Source of the DNA: Candidatus Nomurabacteria bacterium
Lineage (GTDB): Bacteria > Patescibacteriota > Minisyncoccia > Phycocordibacterales > CALRBL01
Reading direction: 5' to 3'
NCBI GenBank assembly: GCA_963834935.1
Contig: CAWIDS010000001.1
Coordinates: 139,524-203,523, forward strand
DNA length: 64,000 nucleotides
This document shows positions 11,500 through 19,637 of the stretch, piece by piece (positions within the stretch are counted from its first letter, which is position 1; every line of letters starts with the position of its first letter). The notes beneath the pieces are model-generated. The model made no database searches. It saw only the letters and a list, made by a program, of their open reading frames with translations, and was not told the origin of the DNA. The position numbers were made by a program, and so were the translations under genes.

Positions 11500-11790
11500 T
11501 TAAAAGGGAGCGAACGGATTATCTCGCCCGATCGCCTCATCTGGCAGAGGCTGGCTATAATCCTGGAGCGACATGAAAGCTTTATCCTGGAAAAAAGCGC
11601 CGCTCAGATCGACCCTGCTCAAGAGATTGATCTGATTGATGAATTTCTGGGCAAGAAGGCTGGAATCCGAAAGAGTGGAAGGATCTGAACTCGTAAGAAA
11701 AGCGTCGGCATGGCTCGTCGATGAGAAGAAGAACGAGCCTACGAAAAGAAGAGCTAGTGTCAGAAATGTGGCGATGATTATTTTTTTCAT
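11500..11790 (-). CDS. Small secreted hypothetical protein (possible PilP-like accessory)
   Basis: 96 aa. It has the signal peptide MKKIIIATFLTLALLFVGSFFFSSTSHA and lies between pilO and pilB. Confidence 0.5.
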   Translation of the reverse strand: MKKIIIATFLTLALLFVGSFFFSSTSHADAFLTSSDPSTLSDSSLLAQKFINQINLLSRVDLSGAFFQDKAFMSLQDYSQPLPDEAIGRDNPFAPF

Positions 11791-11796
11791 ATTGTT

Positions 11797-12345
11797 TTAT
11801 TTTAGCCAATAAGTCCTGAGTGTCACGGAAAAATCATATACATTGCTGGTGTCAGTCGGAGTGAAAGATACTGACCTGACGTCGACAAGTCTCAAGCTCT
11901 GCTCGAGCCTCTGGAGAAAAAGGACAAAATTAGGATATGAAGAAGTGACGACGAAGGAAAGATCGACTGATTGAATACCAAAAGGATTATTTGAAGTAGG
12001 ATTGCCGGATTGATCTACTGCGTCTTTGGTATCGGATACGTTTATACTTTTCAAAAGCATGCCCGACTGCAAGGCTATGTTCTTTATGTCGATGATGAGC
12101 TTTACGTTATCGATGGTATCGGGAATAAGTTTGTTAAGGCGATCGACATCCGACTGGCTGAAGCTGGCAAGCTGCTGCTTGTCGGCGCTTATTTTCGCCT
12201 GAAGGATATTTCCCTGACTTAACGCATCATCATAGGTCTTGATCTGGCTTTGGAGAGAAAGGACATTACCATACGCCGGCTTGATCAACCCGAAAAAGAT
12301 TCCTATTGAAGCGAGTATGAGAAGTGAGGCGATGATGTTTTTCAT
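11797..12345 (-). CDS. pilO: Pilus assembly protein PilO-like
   Basis: 182 aa. It has an N-terminal TM, a coiled-coil, then a beta domain, and sits at the pilMNO position. Confidence 0.65.
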   Translation of the reverse strand: MKNIIASLLILASIGIFFGLIKPAYGNVLSLQSQIKTYDDALSQGNILQAKISADKQQLASFSQSDVDRLNKLIPDTIDNVKLIIDIKNIALQSGMLLKSINVSDTKDAVDQSGNPTSNNPFGIQSVDLSFVVTSSYPNFVLFLQRLEQSLRLVDVRSVSFTPTDTSNVYDFSVTLRTYWLK

Positions 12346-12348
12346 ATG

Positions 12349-13029
12349 TTAATTCCCTTTGGTGCTTGTCGAAACATGAGCAGTAGATGTAGCCGCAACA
12401 TTATTGCTTACGACGTTGCTTACGATCGGAGCTCCTCCAAGATTAGCCCTGTATGATATAAGGGAGGGATTGATGCTTGTGATGAGGCTGAAGTCTACAT
12501 TGCCAGTAGGATTCAGCGACAGATCGGAAAAGACGGCATTCTGGAAATTATTGCTTATTCCGGCTATATTCGAGAAATCATCTGCCTGTTTCGCTACTGC
12601 TTCGAAGCTCTGAGCCTCGCCCTTCATGCTCAAGGCTATCTTGTCGCTTGAAAGATATGAAAATGAAAAATCAGTGAAGCGAAGATTCTTCAGCGTAGAG
12701 CTTTGCAAGGCCGCAAACAGGGCTGAGATGGCCAAATGCCCATCCAGAAGGATCTTTCCGGCCTTCATCTTCAGGTCGATGCGTGAAATAGGGTTTATCG
12801 AGGAATAATCGAGCTTATTATTCTCATCAGCGAGGGCGGCGCTTTTGACCTTCAAGCTATTCTGAAGAATATTCTGATAGGCATAAAGGCCTCCTGCAAG
12901 CGCGAGGGTCAGGACAATCAAGATAGAAGCGATTACTAAAAAGATGCTATAAGGGGAAGACATCTTTAACTTTCCTCCATCTTCTATGGTTGTCTTTGGA
13001 ATGAACGAGGTTTGAAATTTACTTTCCAT
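12349..13029 (-). CDS. pilN: Pilus assembly protein PilN-like (fimbrial assembly)
   Basis: It has a single TM (SIFLVIASILIVLTLALAGGLYAY) and follows pilM. The true start is probably the internal Met at about 12963. Confidence 0.65.
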   Translation of the reverse strand: MESKFQTSFIPKTTIEDGGKLKMSSPYSIFLVIASILIVLTLALAGGLYAYQNILQNSLKVKSAALADENNKLDYSSINPISRIDLKMKAGKILLDGHLAISALFAALQSSTLKNLRFTDFSFSYLSSDKIALSMKGEAQSFEAVAKQADDFSNIAGISNNFQNAVFSDLSLNPTGNVDFSLITSINPSLISYRANLGGAPIVSNVVSNNVAATSTAHVSTSTKGN

Positions 13030-13080
13030 GGCAATAGTATAGCAATAATTCCGTCAATTAGCACAAGTTTTCCACATTAT

Positions 13081-14259
13081 TTATTGATTTTCTTCAAGTT
13101 TTCGGAGCGCCACTCCCACGGCGACAGCGAATTCAAGGCCGGTGGAGCGAAGCATCGCCGAAAGATGCGCCGGCGCCTCTACTTTTACGAACGGGTCGCC
13201 GACTTCCGTCTTTATCTGCAGATTTTTTTCCGCCAAAACGGAAAAACCGTCGAATTCTACTCCTCCGCCAGTAAGGATGCATTTTTCGATCGTTCTTTCG
13301 TACTTCCTCTGATAGCTGGTGATGAAATTCCTGCCTTCGGTCCAGACATGATCAAGGGTCAACGACAGGATATCCATGACTGTCTTCTTATCAGTTTCTT
13401 TGAGAGTACCGATATTGCGCTTGATTTTCTCGGCTTCCTTAAAATCGACGCCGAGCGCTTTCGAAAGGTTTTGAGTCATAGTTTCCGATCCCTTGTTGAC
13501 GATGTGCGAGCCGCGGATGACTCCCCTTTCTATTATATAGAACTTGATTCCGAGCGCGCCGACGTCCATCACCAGAAGAGGCTTGTTTTCCCTTCCGACG
13601 AGCGAACGAGTGGCGCTAAACATCTCAATCTCGAAAAAGCTCGTCTCAAGGCTATTGTCTTTGACGATATTGTTGTAGTCGCTGAGTATCTCGTTGTGGA
13701 TGGAGACAACAAGCACGTCGGTCTTGTCCTTTATCCGCGGAAGCTCGGGGCCCGCAATACCGCTTTGCTCGTGAGCCTTGGCTTTCGTCTCCGCTTTCGC
13801 TTCTTCCACCGGATCGTAACTTTCTTTCGGAATGATCCACCAGTCCATAGTCACTTCGGAAATAGGCACGGGGATATATTTGCGGGCTTCGATAGGGATC
13901 ATCTCTTCAAGCTTTTTTTCCGGCAGCAAAGGCATTTCAATGAGCGAGATGAGACTTGAGCGGAAAGGAATGGCTACCCCCGAATTCTTGGTCGAGATAT
14001 TCGCTTCATGAAGGATGTCACGAAGGGCTTCCGCGATCTTGTCATTTGAGAGCTTGCTTATCTCTCCGATAGTGCCGCCAGAATAAGGCCCGAGAGAAAG
14101 CTCGCCGTACGCTTTAAGCACCGCTTTGCCTTTTTCTTTCTTGAGCTCTACCACTTTGATGGAAGAAGAGCCTATATCGATGCCCACGACGCTCTTATTC
14201 AAGGAACCGAGGAAGTTCCTAGGGCTTAGTATTTTTTTGAATGATCCGATTATGTCCAT
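13081..14259 (-). CDS. pilM: Type IV pilus assembly protein PilM (actin-like ATPase fold)
   Basis: It has VVGIDIGSSSIKVVEL near the N-terminus and a sugar-kinase/actin fold. I set the start at MDIIGSFKKIL (14259), not the track's 14379. Confidence 0.8.
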   Translation of the reverse strand: MDIIGSFKKILSPRNFLGSLNKSVVGIDIGSSSIKVVELKKEKGKAVLKAYGELSLGPYSGGTIGEISKLSNDKIAEALRDILHEANISTKNSGVAIPFRSSLISLIEMPLLPEKKLEEMIPIEARKYIPVPISEVTMDWWIIPKESYDPVEEAKAETKAKAHEQSGIAGPELPRIKDKTDVLVVSIHNEILSDYNNIVKDNSLETSFFEIEMFSATRSLVGRENKPLLVMDVGALGIKFYIIERGVIRGSHIVNKGSETMTQNLSKALGVDFKEAEKIKRNIGTLKETDKKTVMDILSLTLDHVWTEGRNFITSYQRKYERTIEKCILTGGGVEFDGFSVLAEKNLQIKTEVGDPFVKVEAPAHLSAMLRSTGLEFAVAVGVALRKLEENQ

Positions 14260-14938
14260 GGAATTTATGAGAGCTTTAGAGAAAATTGAACGCGCACTGC
14301 CATATTTCAAGTATATCATGCTATTTAAACAGCTGCATAGATTAATCAGATCGCACGCCCTCTCTTTTATCTTCGGCACGGTTGAAATCTTTCCGAAGCT
14401 CGACGCTCCCCGCTTGAAAAGGATAATGTGCGCCGACAGCGAGGTCGAATGCTTCGCATTTTTCTCCTACCGCGATCCGGAAATCAAAAAAGCCGTCGCC
14501 GAAATGAAATACCGCCGCAATGCTGAGCTTTTTGAAATCGCCGCGCATCACCTTGCCAAGGAGATGCCGCCATTCGGCAACTATCCCCTTCTCATTCCCG
14601 TGCCTTTATCAGAAAAAAGAAAAAAGCAAAGGGGATATAACCAGACGGAAGAGATGCTCAGGCACATTGGAAGGAAAATTGCCGCAGGAACTGTCGAGAT
14701 CAGGATGGACTGCATGAGCAAGATAATTCACACGCCCCCGCAGACTCATCTGAATAGGAAAGAAAGGATGAAGAACCTAGCTGGCGCATTCAAAGTCCTC
14801 TTGCCAGATATTATCCGTGACCGAGAAATCATCATCTTCGACGACGTCATCACCACAGGCTCGACCATCCGGGAAATAGGCAAAACGCTCAAACAAGCTG
14901 GCGCGCAGAAAATAATCGCCTTTGCTCTCGCTCATTAA
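14252..14938 (+). CDS. comFC: ComF-family phosphoribosyltransferase-like competence protein, without the N-terminal Zn-finger
   Basis: It has a C-terminal PRTase motif (IIFDDVITTGSTIRE) and GYNQTEEML, and diverges from pilM. The start is ambiguous: 14252, 14258 or 14318. The track start at 14126 overlaps pilM and is rejected. Confidence 0.65.
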   Translation: MSMEFMRALEKIERALPYFKYIMLFKQLHRLIRSHALSFIFGTVEIFPKLDAPRLKRIMCADSEVECFAFFSYRDPEIKKAVAEMKYRRNAELFEIAAHHLAKEMPPFGNYPLLIPVPLSEKRKKQRGYNQTEEMLRHIGRKIAAGTVEIRMDCMSKIIHTPPQTHLNRKERMKNLAGAFKVLLPDIIRDREIIIFDDVITTGSTIREIGKTLKQAGAQKIIAFALAH

Positions 14939-14983
14939 AAAAGAGGAGGCGGTCAATGAAAAGTGGTGACTTTGTCCTGCGGG

Positions 14984-15703
14984 TTAGCGCACTTCCTTCC
15001 ATTCCTTGCTGAACGACCTCTTCAACACCAACACGAATAATCCGTTCATGATCCATGTCCAGATGAGGCGGGACCAGCCGATGATATGCGCTCGCCTTCC
15101 GCTGTGGTAGACGGAAAGGTCTGAAGCGAAATAAGTTGCGTCAGCCTTCGCAAGGCGGCGGAAAAGCTCCTGATCTTCGCTGGCAATCAGCGTTTCGTCA
15201 TAACCTCCTGCCTTTCTGAACGCTTCCGCCTTTATCATCTGAAATTCTCCGGGCGATGCGCCCATGCCTAGGGCATTGTTGAGAAAATAATGCATGTGAT
15301 TGATGAAGGAGAACATGAATTTATCGGAGCGGGTGGCTTGATCGGGATAGACGTAGATGGAGGCGGTCAAGGCCGTTACCCTTTCTCTGGTCTCGAAGAT
15401 GCCGAGCGCCTTGGCGAAGAAGGAATTGATATCGGGGATATGCATGTCCGCATCGAGAAAGACAAAAAAATCCCCTGTAGCCGCCTTAGCGCCGGCGTTC
15501 CGTCCGATTGCTATGTTCTGCTTTCCCTTTTCAGGAGCGAGGACTACTTTAGCTCCGAGGCTTCTTGCAATGTCGCAAGTCTTGTCGGTGCTTTTCCCGT
15601 CAGAGACGATTATTTCGGCAGCCCCTTTATATTCCTGAAGGCCTTGGATGGTCTTTTCGATGACTTTCTCTTCGTTGCGGGTGGGAATGATGAATGAGAT
15701 CAT
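14984..15703 (-). CDS. Family 2 glycosyltransferase
   Basis: IIPTRNEE...VSDGKSTD...FLDADM (a DxD-type GT-A fold), 239 aa. Confidence 0.8.
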   Translation of the reverse strand: MISFIIPTRNEEKVIEKTIQGLQEYKGAAEIIVSDGKSTDKTCDIARSLGAKVVLAPEKGKQNIAIGRNAGAKAATGDFFVFLDADMHIPDINSFFAKALGIFETRERVTALTASIYVYPDQATRSDKFMFSFINHMHYFLNNALGMGASPGEFQMIKAEAFRKAGGYDETLIASEDQELFRRLAKADATYFASDLSVYHSGRRAHIIGWSRLIWTWIMNGLFVLVLKRSFSKEWKEVR

Positions 15704-16302
15704 GCTAATCGTTCTTTCAGATAGCGGGAAAAGCCGAAAGCTAAGGCAGTTATCAACAAAGCGCCGCCGATAGCGAAGAAAATCTTGAAGCTGTCAGCGA
15801 TAGAAGTATAGAGCTTGCCGAAGAAATAGCCGACAGCAAGAAGCGAGGCGACATAAAACAGCTCGCCAAGGGCATTCATGGTGATGAACACTTTCATCGG
15901 AAGTCGGGTGGCTCCGGCGGCGAGTATGACCGCAAGGGCGAAGCCGAGGCCGAGCGTGAGCTTGGATGTAAGAAGGATGCGCCGAGGATATTTATGCATG
16001 GTCGTCTCCACTTTCTCGAAGACCTCCTTGTTGATGCCGAAGAAGCGGCCATGCTTCTTGATGAGAGGAGTGGCAAAATAGTAGCCGACATAGTACCAAG
16101 CGATATCGGCCACCAAGTCGCCGCATACTAATGCGGCATAGAGCGGAAGAAGGCTGAATGATCCAAAACGTAGGAAAAATCCAGTAGCGATCATGATAAT
16201 CGGGCCTTCAAGGATCGCGCCGATGAAGATAAGCGGATACCTGAAGCTATATGCCCATGTCAGCGCCAATTTTATGAAAAGCGGATAATGCATCCGATTC
16301 AT
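15700..16302 (-). CDS. DedA/VTT-domain membrane protein
   Basis: 200 aa and polytopic, with the GDLVADIAWYYVGYY DedA signature. It overlaps the GT2 start by 4 nt. Confidence 0.7.
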   Translation of the reverse strand: MNRMHYPLFIKLALTWAYSFRYPLIFIGAILEGPIIMIATGFFLRFGSFSLLPLYAALVCGDLVADIAWYYVGYYFATPLIKKHGRFFGINKEVFEKVETTMHKYPRRILLTSKLTLGLGFALAVILAAGATRLPMKVFITMNALGELFYVASLLAVGYFFGKLYTSIADSFKIFFAIGGALLITALAFGFSRYLKERLA

Positions 16303-16353
16303 TTTACCCTAATTCTCATATTCGCCATAATATGCTAATCTGTCTGAACACAT

Positions 16354-16441
16354 GGAGACGTGTCAGAGTGGTCTAACGTACCTCTTTGCTAAAGAGGCAG
16401 GGGCTTTAAACCCCCTCGCGAGTTCGAATCTCGCCGTCTCC
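16354..16441 (+). tRNA. tRNA-Ser (anticodon GCU)
   Basis: Acceptor GGAGACG/CGTCTCC+G; anticodon arm CCTCT-TTGCTAA-AGAGG; a long variable arm GGGGCTTTAAACCCCC; T-arm GCGAG-TTCGAAT-CTCGC. Confidence 0.85.
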
Positions 16442-16446
16442 GCAAA

Positions 16447-16474
16447 CGAAAATCCCGCATGGGATTTTTTGTTT
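16447..16474 (+). terminator. Rho-independent terminator after tRNA-Ser
   Basis: aaaatccc-gcat-gggatttt followed by ttgtttg. Confidence 0.7.
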
Positions 16475-16616
16475 GCGGAGACGAGAAAAGCGCTTAAGCG
16501 CTTTTCGGGCGAGATTCGAAGCCCGATTGAGCAGATTTTACGAGCGAAGCGAAATAAAATATCCAATCGGGGTACTGCCCCTGTAAGGGGAGAATCTCGC
16601 CGTTTAAATTATCAAA

Positions 16617-16640
16617 TAAAAAAGCTGGACAACAGTCCAG
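16617..16640 (-). terminator. Rho-independent terminator for the 16665..16961 gene
   Basis: On the minus strand, GCUGGAC-UGUU-GUCCAGC then UUUUUU. Confidence 0.7.
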
Positions 16641-16664
16641 CAGCTTAGGGTTTCCAGATACAAC

Positions 16665-16961
16665 TCAATCAACCAACTCGCAGGCATCCCTAGCGAAAAC
16701 CAGCTGAGGTATCATGTGTAGCGGAACATTCTCTTCCCACCATTCCGCCGCTTCAGGAGATTTGGCCTTTAACGCATCCATTGCGTCGCTGGTATCAACT
16801 TGGTAACCGCCGACGTTCTCAGCTTCCCCGCCTTTGACGCCGGCCTGCACTCCTGTGGATGACTGGTCTTCCGAAAGCGGAATTTCCACGCCGATCCATT
16901 CTTCCCTTACCCAACCCGGAGCTTGTCCGGGAGGGGTAGATATAATCCTGATTGAACTCAT
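16665..16961 (-). CDS. Hypothetical acidic protein (98 aa), last gene of the ApbE unit
   Basis: An ORF with Trp-rich motifs (EEWIGVEIPL, EAAEWWEENVPL). I recognise no family. Confidence 0.5.
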   Translation of the reverse strand: MSSIRIISTPPGQAPGWVREEWIGVEIPLSEDQSSTGVQAGVKGGEAENVGGYQVDTSDAMDALKAKSPEAAEWWEENVPLHMIPQLVFARDACELVD

Positions 16962-17027
16962 AATGAACTCCTTTGTTTAGTGATCAAATAGAAACTATCA
17001 TTTTTATCTTCATAAGTCGAGAACCAT

Positions 17028-17894
17028 CTACCCAAACATCTCCCCGCCAAAATTCCCTGACTTCTCAATCGACCTATCGCTCCGTATCAGAATATATTCG
17101 AAATCATATGCATCATTGAGACTATCTGCCGGCACGAAGAAAAGACATGTCGCCAAGGCATCTGCCACCATCGCTGTATCTGCAATGACCCAGACAGCCA
17201 TGATTTCCGTCGGCGATACGAGCGTCTTCGGATTCATTATGTGCGTGAATGTTCCCCACTTCCGGCGATTGCCTGCCGATCCGCAAATACTTCTATTCTG
17301 GAGCGGATAAATTCCAATCGCTTGAGTATTATCTTCCGGATTCTCAAGCCCGATGCGGATCGGCTCTTTTCCTTTATGTAAAATATCACCTCCAGCGTCA
17401 ATCATGTATTCAAAGATCGAATTCTCCTCAAGGACTTTTCCGACAAGGTCGACAAGATAGCCTTTCCCTGCGGCGCCAAAATCAAGTAATACCGGCTTTT
17501 TGACGATAAGACTCGGCGGCCTATATTCGATCGCCTCTTCCCATTCGGGTGGAGAGCCGAGCTCTTTCTTTTGCTCGAGGGAATATTCCTTGTCATATCC
17601 CGCATCGGAAATGGCATTGCCGATGAGAGGCGTAACAAGGCTGCCTGTCCGGAGATAGAGATCGCGATAAAGGAAAAGCATTTCCTTCGCGTCGAGTGGC
17701 AATTCAAAAATTCCGGTTTCTTTCGACATCCTTGTCACCAGCGAGTCGTCACGAAAGCGCGAATAGGTTTGGTCGAAGATGTCGATTCTCTTTTTTATAC
17801 GAGAAAAAATAACCTCCGATTCGTCTTCAGACAAATCCTTATACATATCGATGCGCCACGAAGTGCCTATGGCTTTGAAATTGAATTGCTTCAC
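17028..17894 (-). CDS. apbE: FAD:protein FMN transferase (ApbE family)
   Basis: 288 aa. It has LLDFGAAGKGYLVDLV and ICGSAGNRRKWGTFTHIMNP ApbE motifs. There is no signal peptide, and the start is 7 nt after the stop of the upstream gene. Confidence 0.8.
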   Translation of the reverse strand: MKQFNFKAIGTSWRIDMYKDLSEDESEVIFSRIKKRIDIFDQTYSRFRDDSLVTRMSKETGIFELPLDAKEMLFLYRDLYLRTGSLVTPLIGNAISDAGYDKEYSLEQKKELGSPPEWEEAIEYRPPSLIVKKPVLLDFGAAGKGYLVDLVGKVLEENSIFEYMIDAGGDILHKGKEPIRIGLENPEDNTQAIGIYPLQNRSICGSAGNRRKWGTFTHIMNPKTLVSPTEIMAVWVIADTAMVADALATCLFFVPADSLNDAYDFEYILIRSDRSIEKSGNFGGEMFG

Positions 17895-17900
17895 GAGCGA

Positions 17901-18398
17901 CTATGCCTTAGCTTCTGCCTTTATCTGTGTAAGAGCTTCATCAAAACCAATCGGGGTAAGAGAAGAGCCTGAGATGCTGGTCAGATTGATGTCTGCAATA
18001 TTTTTTCCTATTACATACTGCTTATAGCCTGAAAGGAAGCTGCTCTGGTAGCGGCGCGATGTCCCATCCCCTGCTGATGCGGTGGTATTTATCGAAGTTA
18101 TGTCATCATTCTTCAAAGTAAGAGTTACTTGGACTGAATCCTCACCTCCTGGAGACATATATGATCCGCTTGCTGAATAGGTACCATCCTTGTAGGCGGA
18201 ATTCGTGGTGACTGTCGTTGTCGTTTGAGAAACAGTGGTGGTTGTAACAGGCGTTGCTACGGGAGAGGTGACCGATGCGTTCGTCGCAACATTATTATTC
18301 TTCATTTCCTCGAAGATAGTGACAGCCAACACTGCGCAGATGACCACCACGCCGAATGATATTCCTATTTTCTTGTTCAGATATTCTTTGGGTTCCAT
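17901..18398 (-). CDS. Membrane-anchored FMN-binding domain protein (likely ApbE substrate)
   Basis: It has an N-terminal TM anchor, a Thr/Val-rich linker, YKDGTYSASGSY...GG...VQVTLT (FMN_bind-like), and a C-terminal SISGSSLTP resembling the Ser/Thr flavinylation motif. Confidence 0.65.
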   Translation of the reverse strand: MEPKEYLNKKIGISFGVVVICAVLAVTIFEEMKNNNVATNASVTSPVATPVTTTTVSQTTTTVTTNSAYKDGTYSASGSYMSPGGEDSVQVTLTLKNDDITSINTTASAGDGTSRRYQSSFLSGYKQYVIGKNIADINLTSISGSSLTPIGFDEALTQIKAEAKA

Positions 18399-18781
18399 AC
18401 GCAGAGTATATCAGGACCATTCATGAACACAACTAAGGTGGCGAAAGCCAGGCCGAAATCCCGCACACCGATCTCGCCGTAGCCGACGACGAACATGATA
18501 TCAAATAGATGCAATGCCAGGAGAAGAGCGGCGATTCGCGTCTGCCAGCCAAAGAGAAGCATTATTCCAAACACAAGCTCGAAAAGGGCATTAAACAGCA
18601 CGAGCATGCGCGCACTAATATGGCTCACCGCTACTATGTAATCGGGAATGTAAGCGATCCACTGATGATTGTGCATCAATTGCTGAAGACTGAACCAAAG
18701 TATCACTGCCGCCATTGAATAGCGGAGAACGCTCGGAGCCAACGCCTGAAGAAAAACAAGGGTCTTATTTATTGATGTCAT
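18377..18781 (-). CDS. DoxX-family small membrane protein
   Basis: It has 4 TM segments and the LRYSMAAVILWFSLQQL DoxX-like start. I set the start at MTSINK, not the track's 18820. Confidence 0.55.
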   Translation of the reverse strand: MTSINKTLVFLQALAPSVLRYSMAAVILWFSLQQLMHNHQWIAYIPDYIVAVSHISARMLVLFNALFELVFGIMLLFGWQTRIAALLLALHLFDIMFVVGYGEIGVRDFGLAFATLVVFMNGPDILCVWNPKNI

Positions 18782-19031
18782 TATATGAATCGTTAAGGTC
18801 GCTCGAGCTTGCTGTCGCATCCATCACTTTCAATGATGCATTGAGAGAAGCCTGGGCGGCAGTGATATTAGTAATCGCAGTCGTGACAGTGGCGGTATTT
18901 GATGAGGCGGCAGTTGTCGTGGTAGAGCTTCCGTAATTGCTTCCATTCGTACCCTGCAAAGCGATTATGGCAACGATGATGACCAGCGTGGCTATCGTTC
19001 CCATGATGATTTTGAGAGTATTGTTTTGCAT
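18765..19031 (-). CDS. Small membrane-anchored Thr/Ser-rich hypothetical protein
   Basis: 88 aa, with one TM (IIMGTIATLVIIVAIIAL) and a low-complexity tail. Confidence 0.45.
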   Translation of the reverse strand: MQNNTLKIIMGTIATLVIIVAIIALQGTNGSNYGSSTTTTAASSNTATVTTAITNITAAQASLNASLKVMDATASSSDLNDSYNDINK

Positions 19032-19032
19032 A

Positions 19033-19605
19033 TTATTTCAAGAGAGCCTGCACCTCCGGCTTGATAGTGCCCTTGAGGAAATCAGTAACGTCTTTCTTGT
19101 CGGCGTTTACCGTTTCCTGCTCGACCTGCGCGTCCTTTACTGCGGATGCAAACTGTCCTTTTGAGCTTCCGCATCGAAGGCTCTGCGCGGTTTTGAGCTT
19201 ATCTTCAAGCGTTCCTTTATCCGCCACGAGCGTCGCCACCTTATTATTGAGAGTAGCAAGGTCAGCAGTGATCTGGACTACATCCTTCCCCGATGCCTGC
19301 AGAGCTGGCAATCCGGCCTTTATGTTGCCTTCGATAGTCTTGAAGCTAGCAAGATTGCTGCCTGTCCAACTGTCTATGGTGCTAATATGGCCGCTGATTT
19401 TCAAAGCGATAGCGGCACACTTGTCGCCGGAAGGAAGAGTGCTCGAGCCGCCTCCAGTGGCGATCTTGTCAAAAAGCGCGTTCCTGAGCTGGAATTTATC
19501 CCTGAAACCGGTTGTTGCCGTAGATGCGCCTGCGCCGACAGCTAGGGTAAATGACCCCAAAAGAATTATTGCCACTAGGCCTAATAGTATCTTCTTTCCA
19601 TTCAT
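19033..19605 (-). CDS. Secreted/membrane hypothetical protein (190 aa), first gene of the unit
   Basis: It has a signal/anchor KKILLGLVAIILLGSFTLAVGAGA, 2 Cys and a coiled-coil-like C-terminus. Confidence 0.5.
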   Translation of the reverse strand: MNGKKILLGLVAIILLGSFTLAVGAGASTATTGFRDKFQLRNALFDKIATGGGSSTLPSGDKCAAIALKISGHISTIDSWTGSNLASFKTIEGNIKAGLPALQASGKDVVQITADLATLNNKVATLVADKGTLEDKLKTAQSLRCGSSKGQFASAVKDAQVEQETVNADKKDVTDFLKGTIKPEVQALLK

Positions 19606-19637
19606 ATAGGTTTATTGGCTATAATATAGCATAACCC

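Noticed and set aside
14126-14251. Upstream extension of the ComF-like ORF to the track start at 14126.
   Set aside because: It would overlap the first 45 codons of pilM on the opposite strand and adds no conserved sequence. I chose an internal Met.
16475-16594. A possible second tRNA-Ser gene or tmRNA-like RNA downstream of tRNA-Ser.
   Set aside because: An acceptor stem cannot form (the 3' side reads CGCCGTTTAAAT, not CGTCTCC) and the candidate is 120 nt long. I treat it as a repeat or scar, not a gene.
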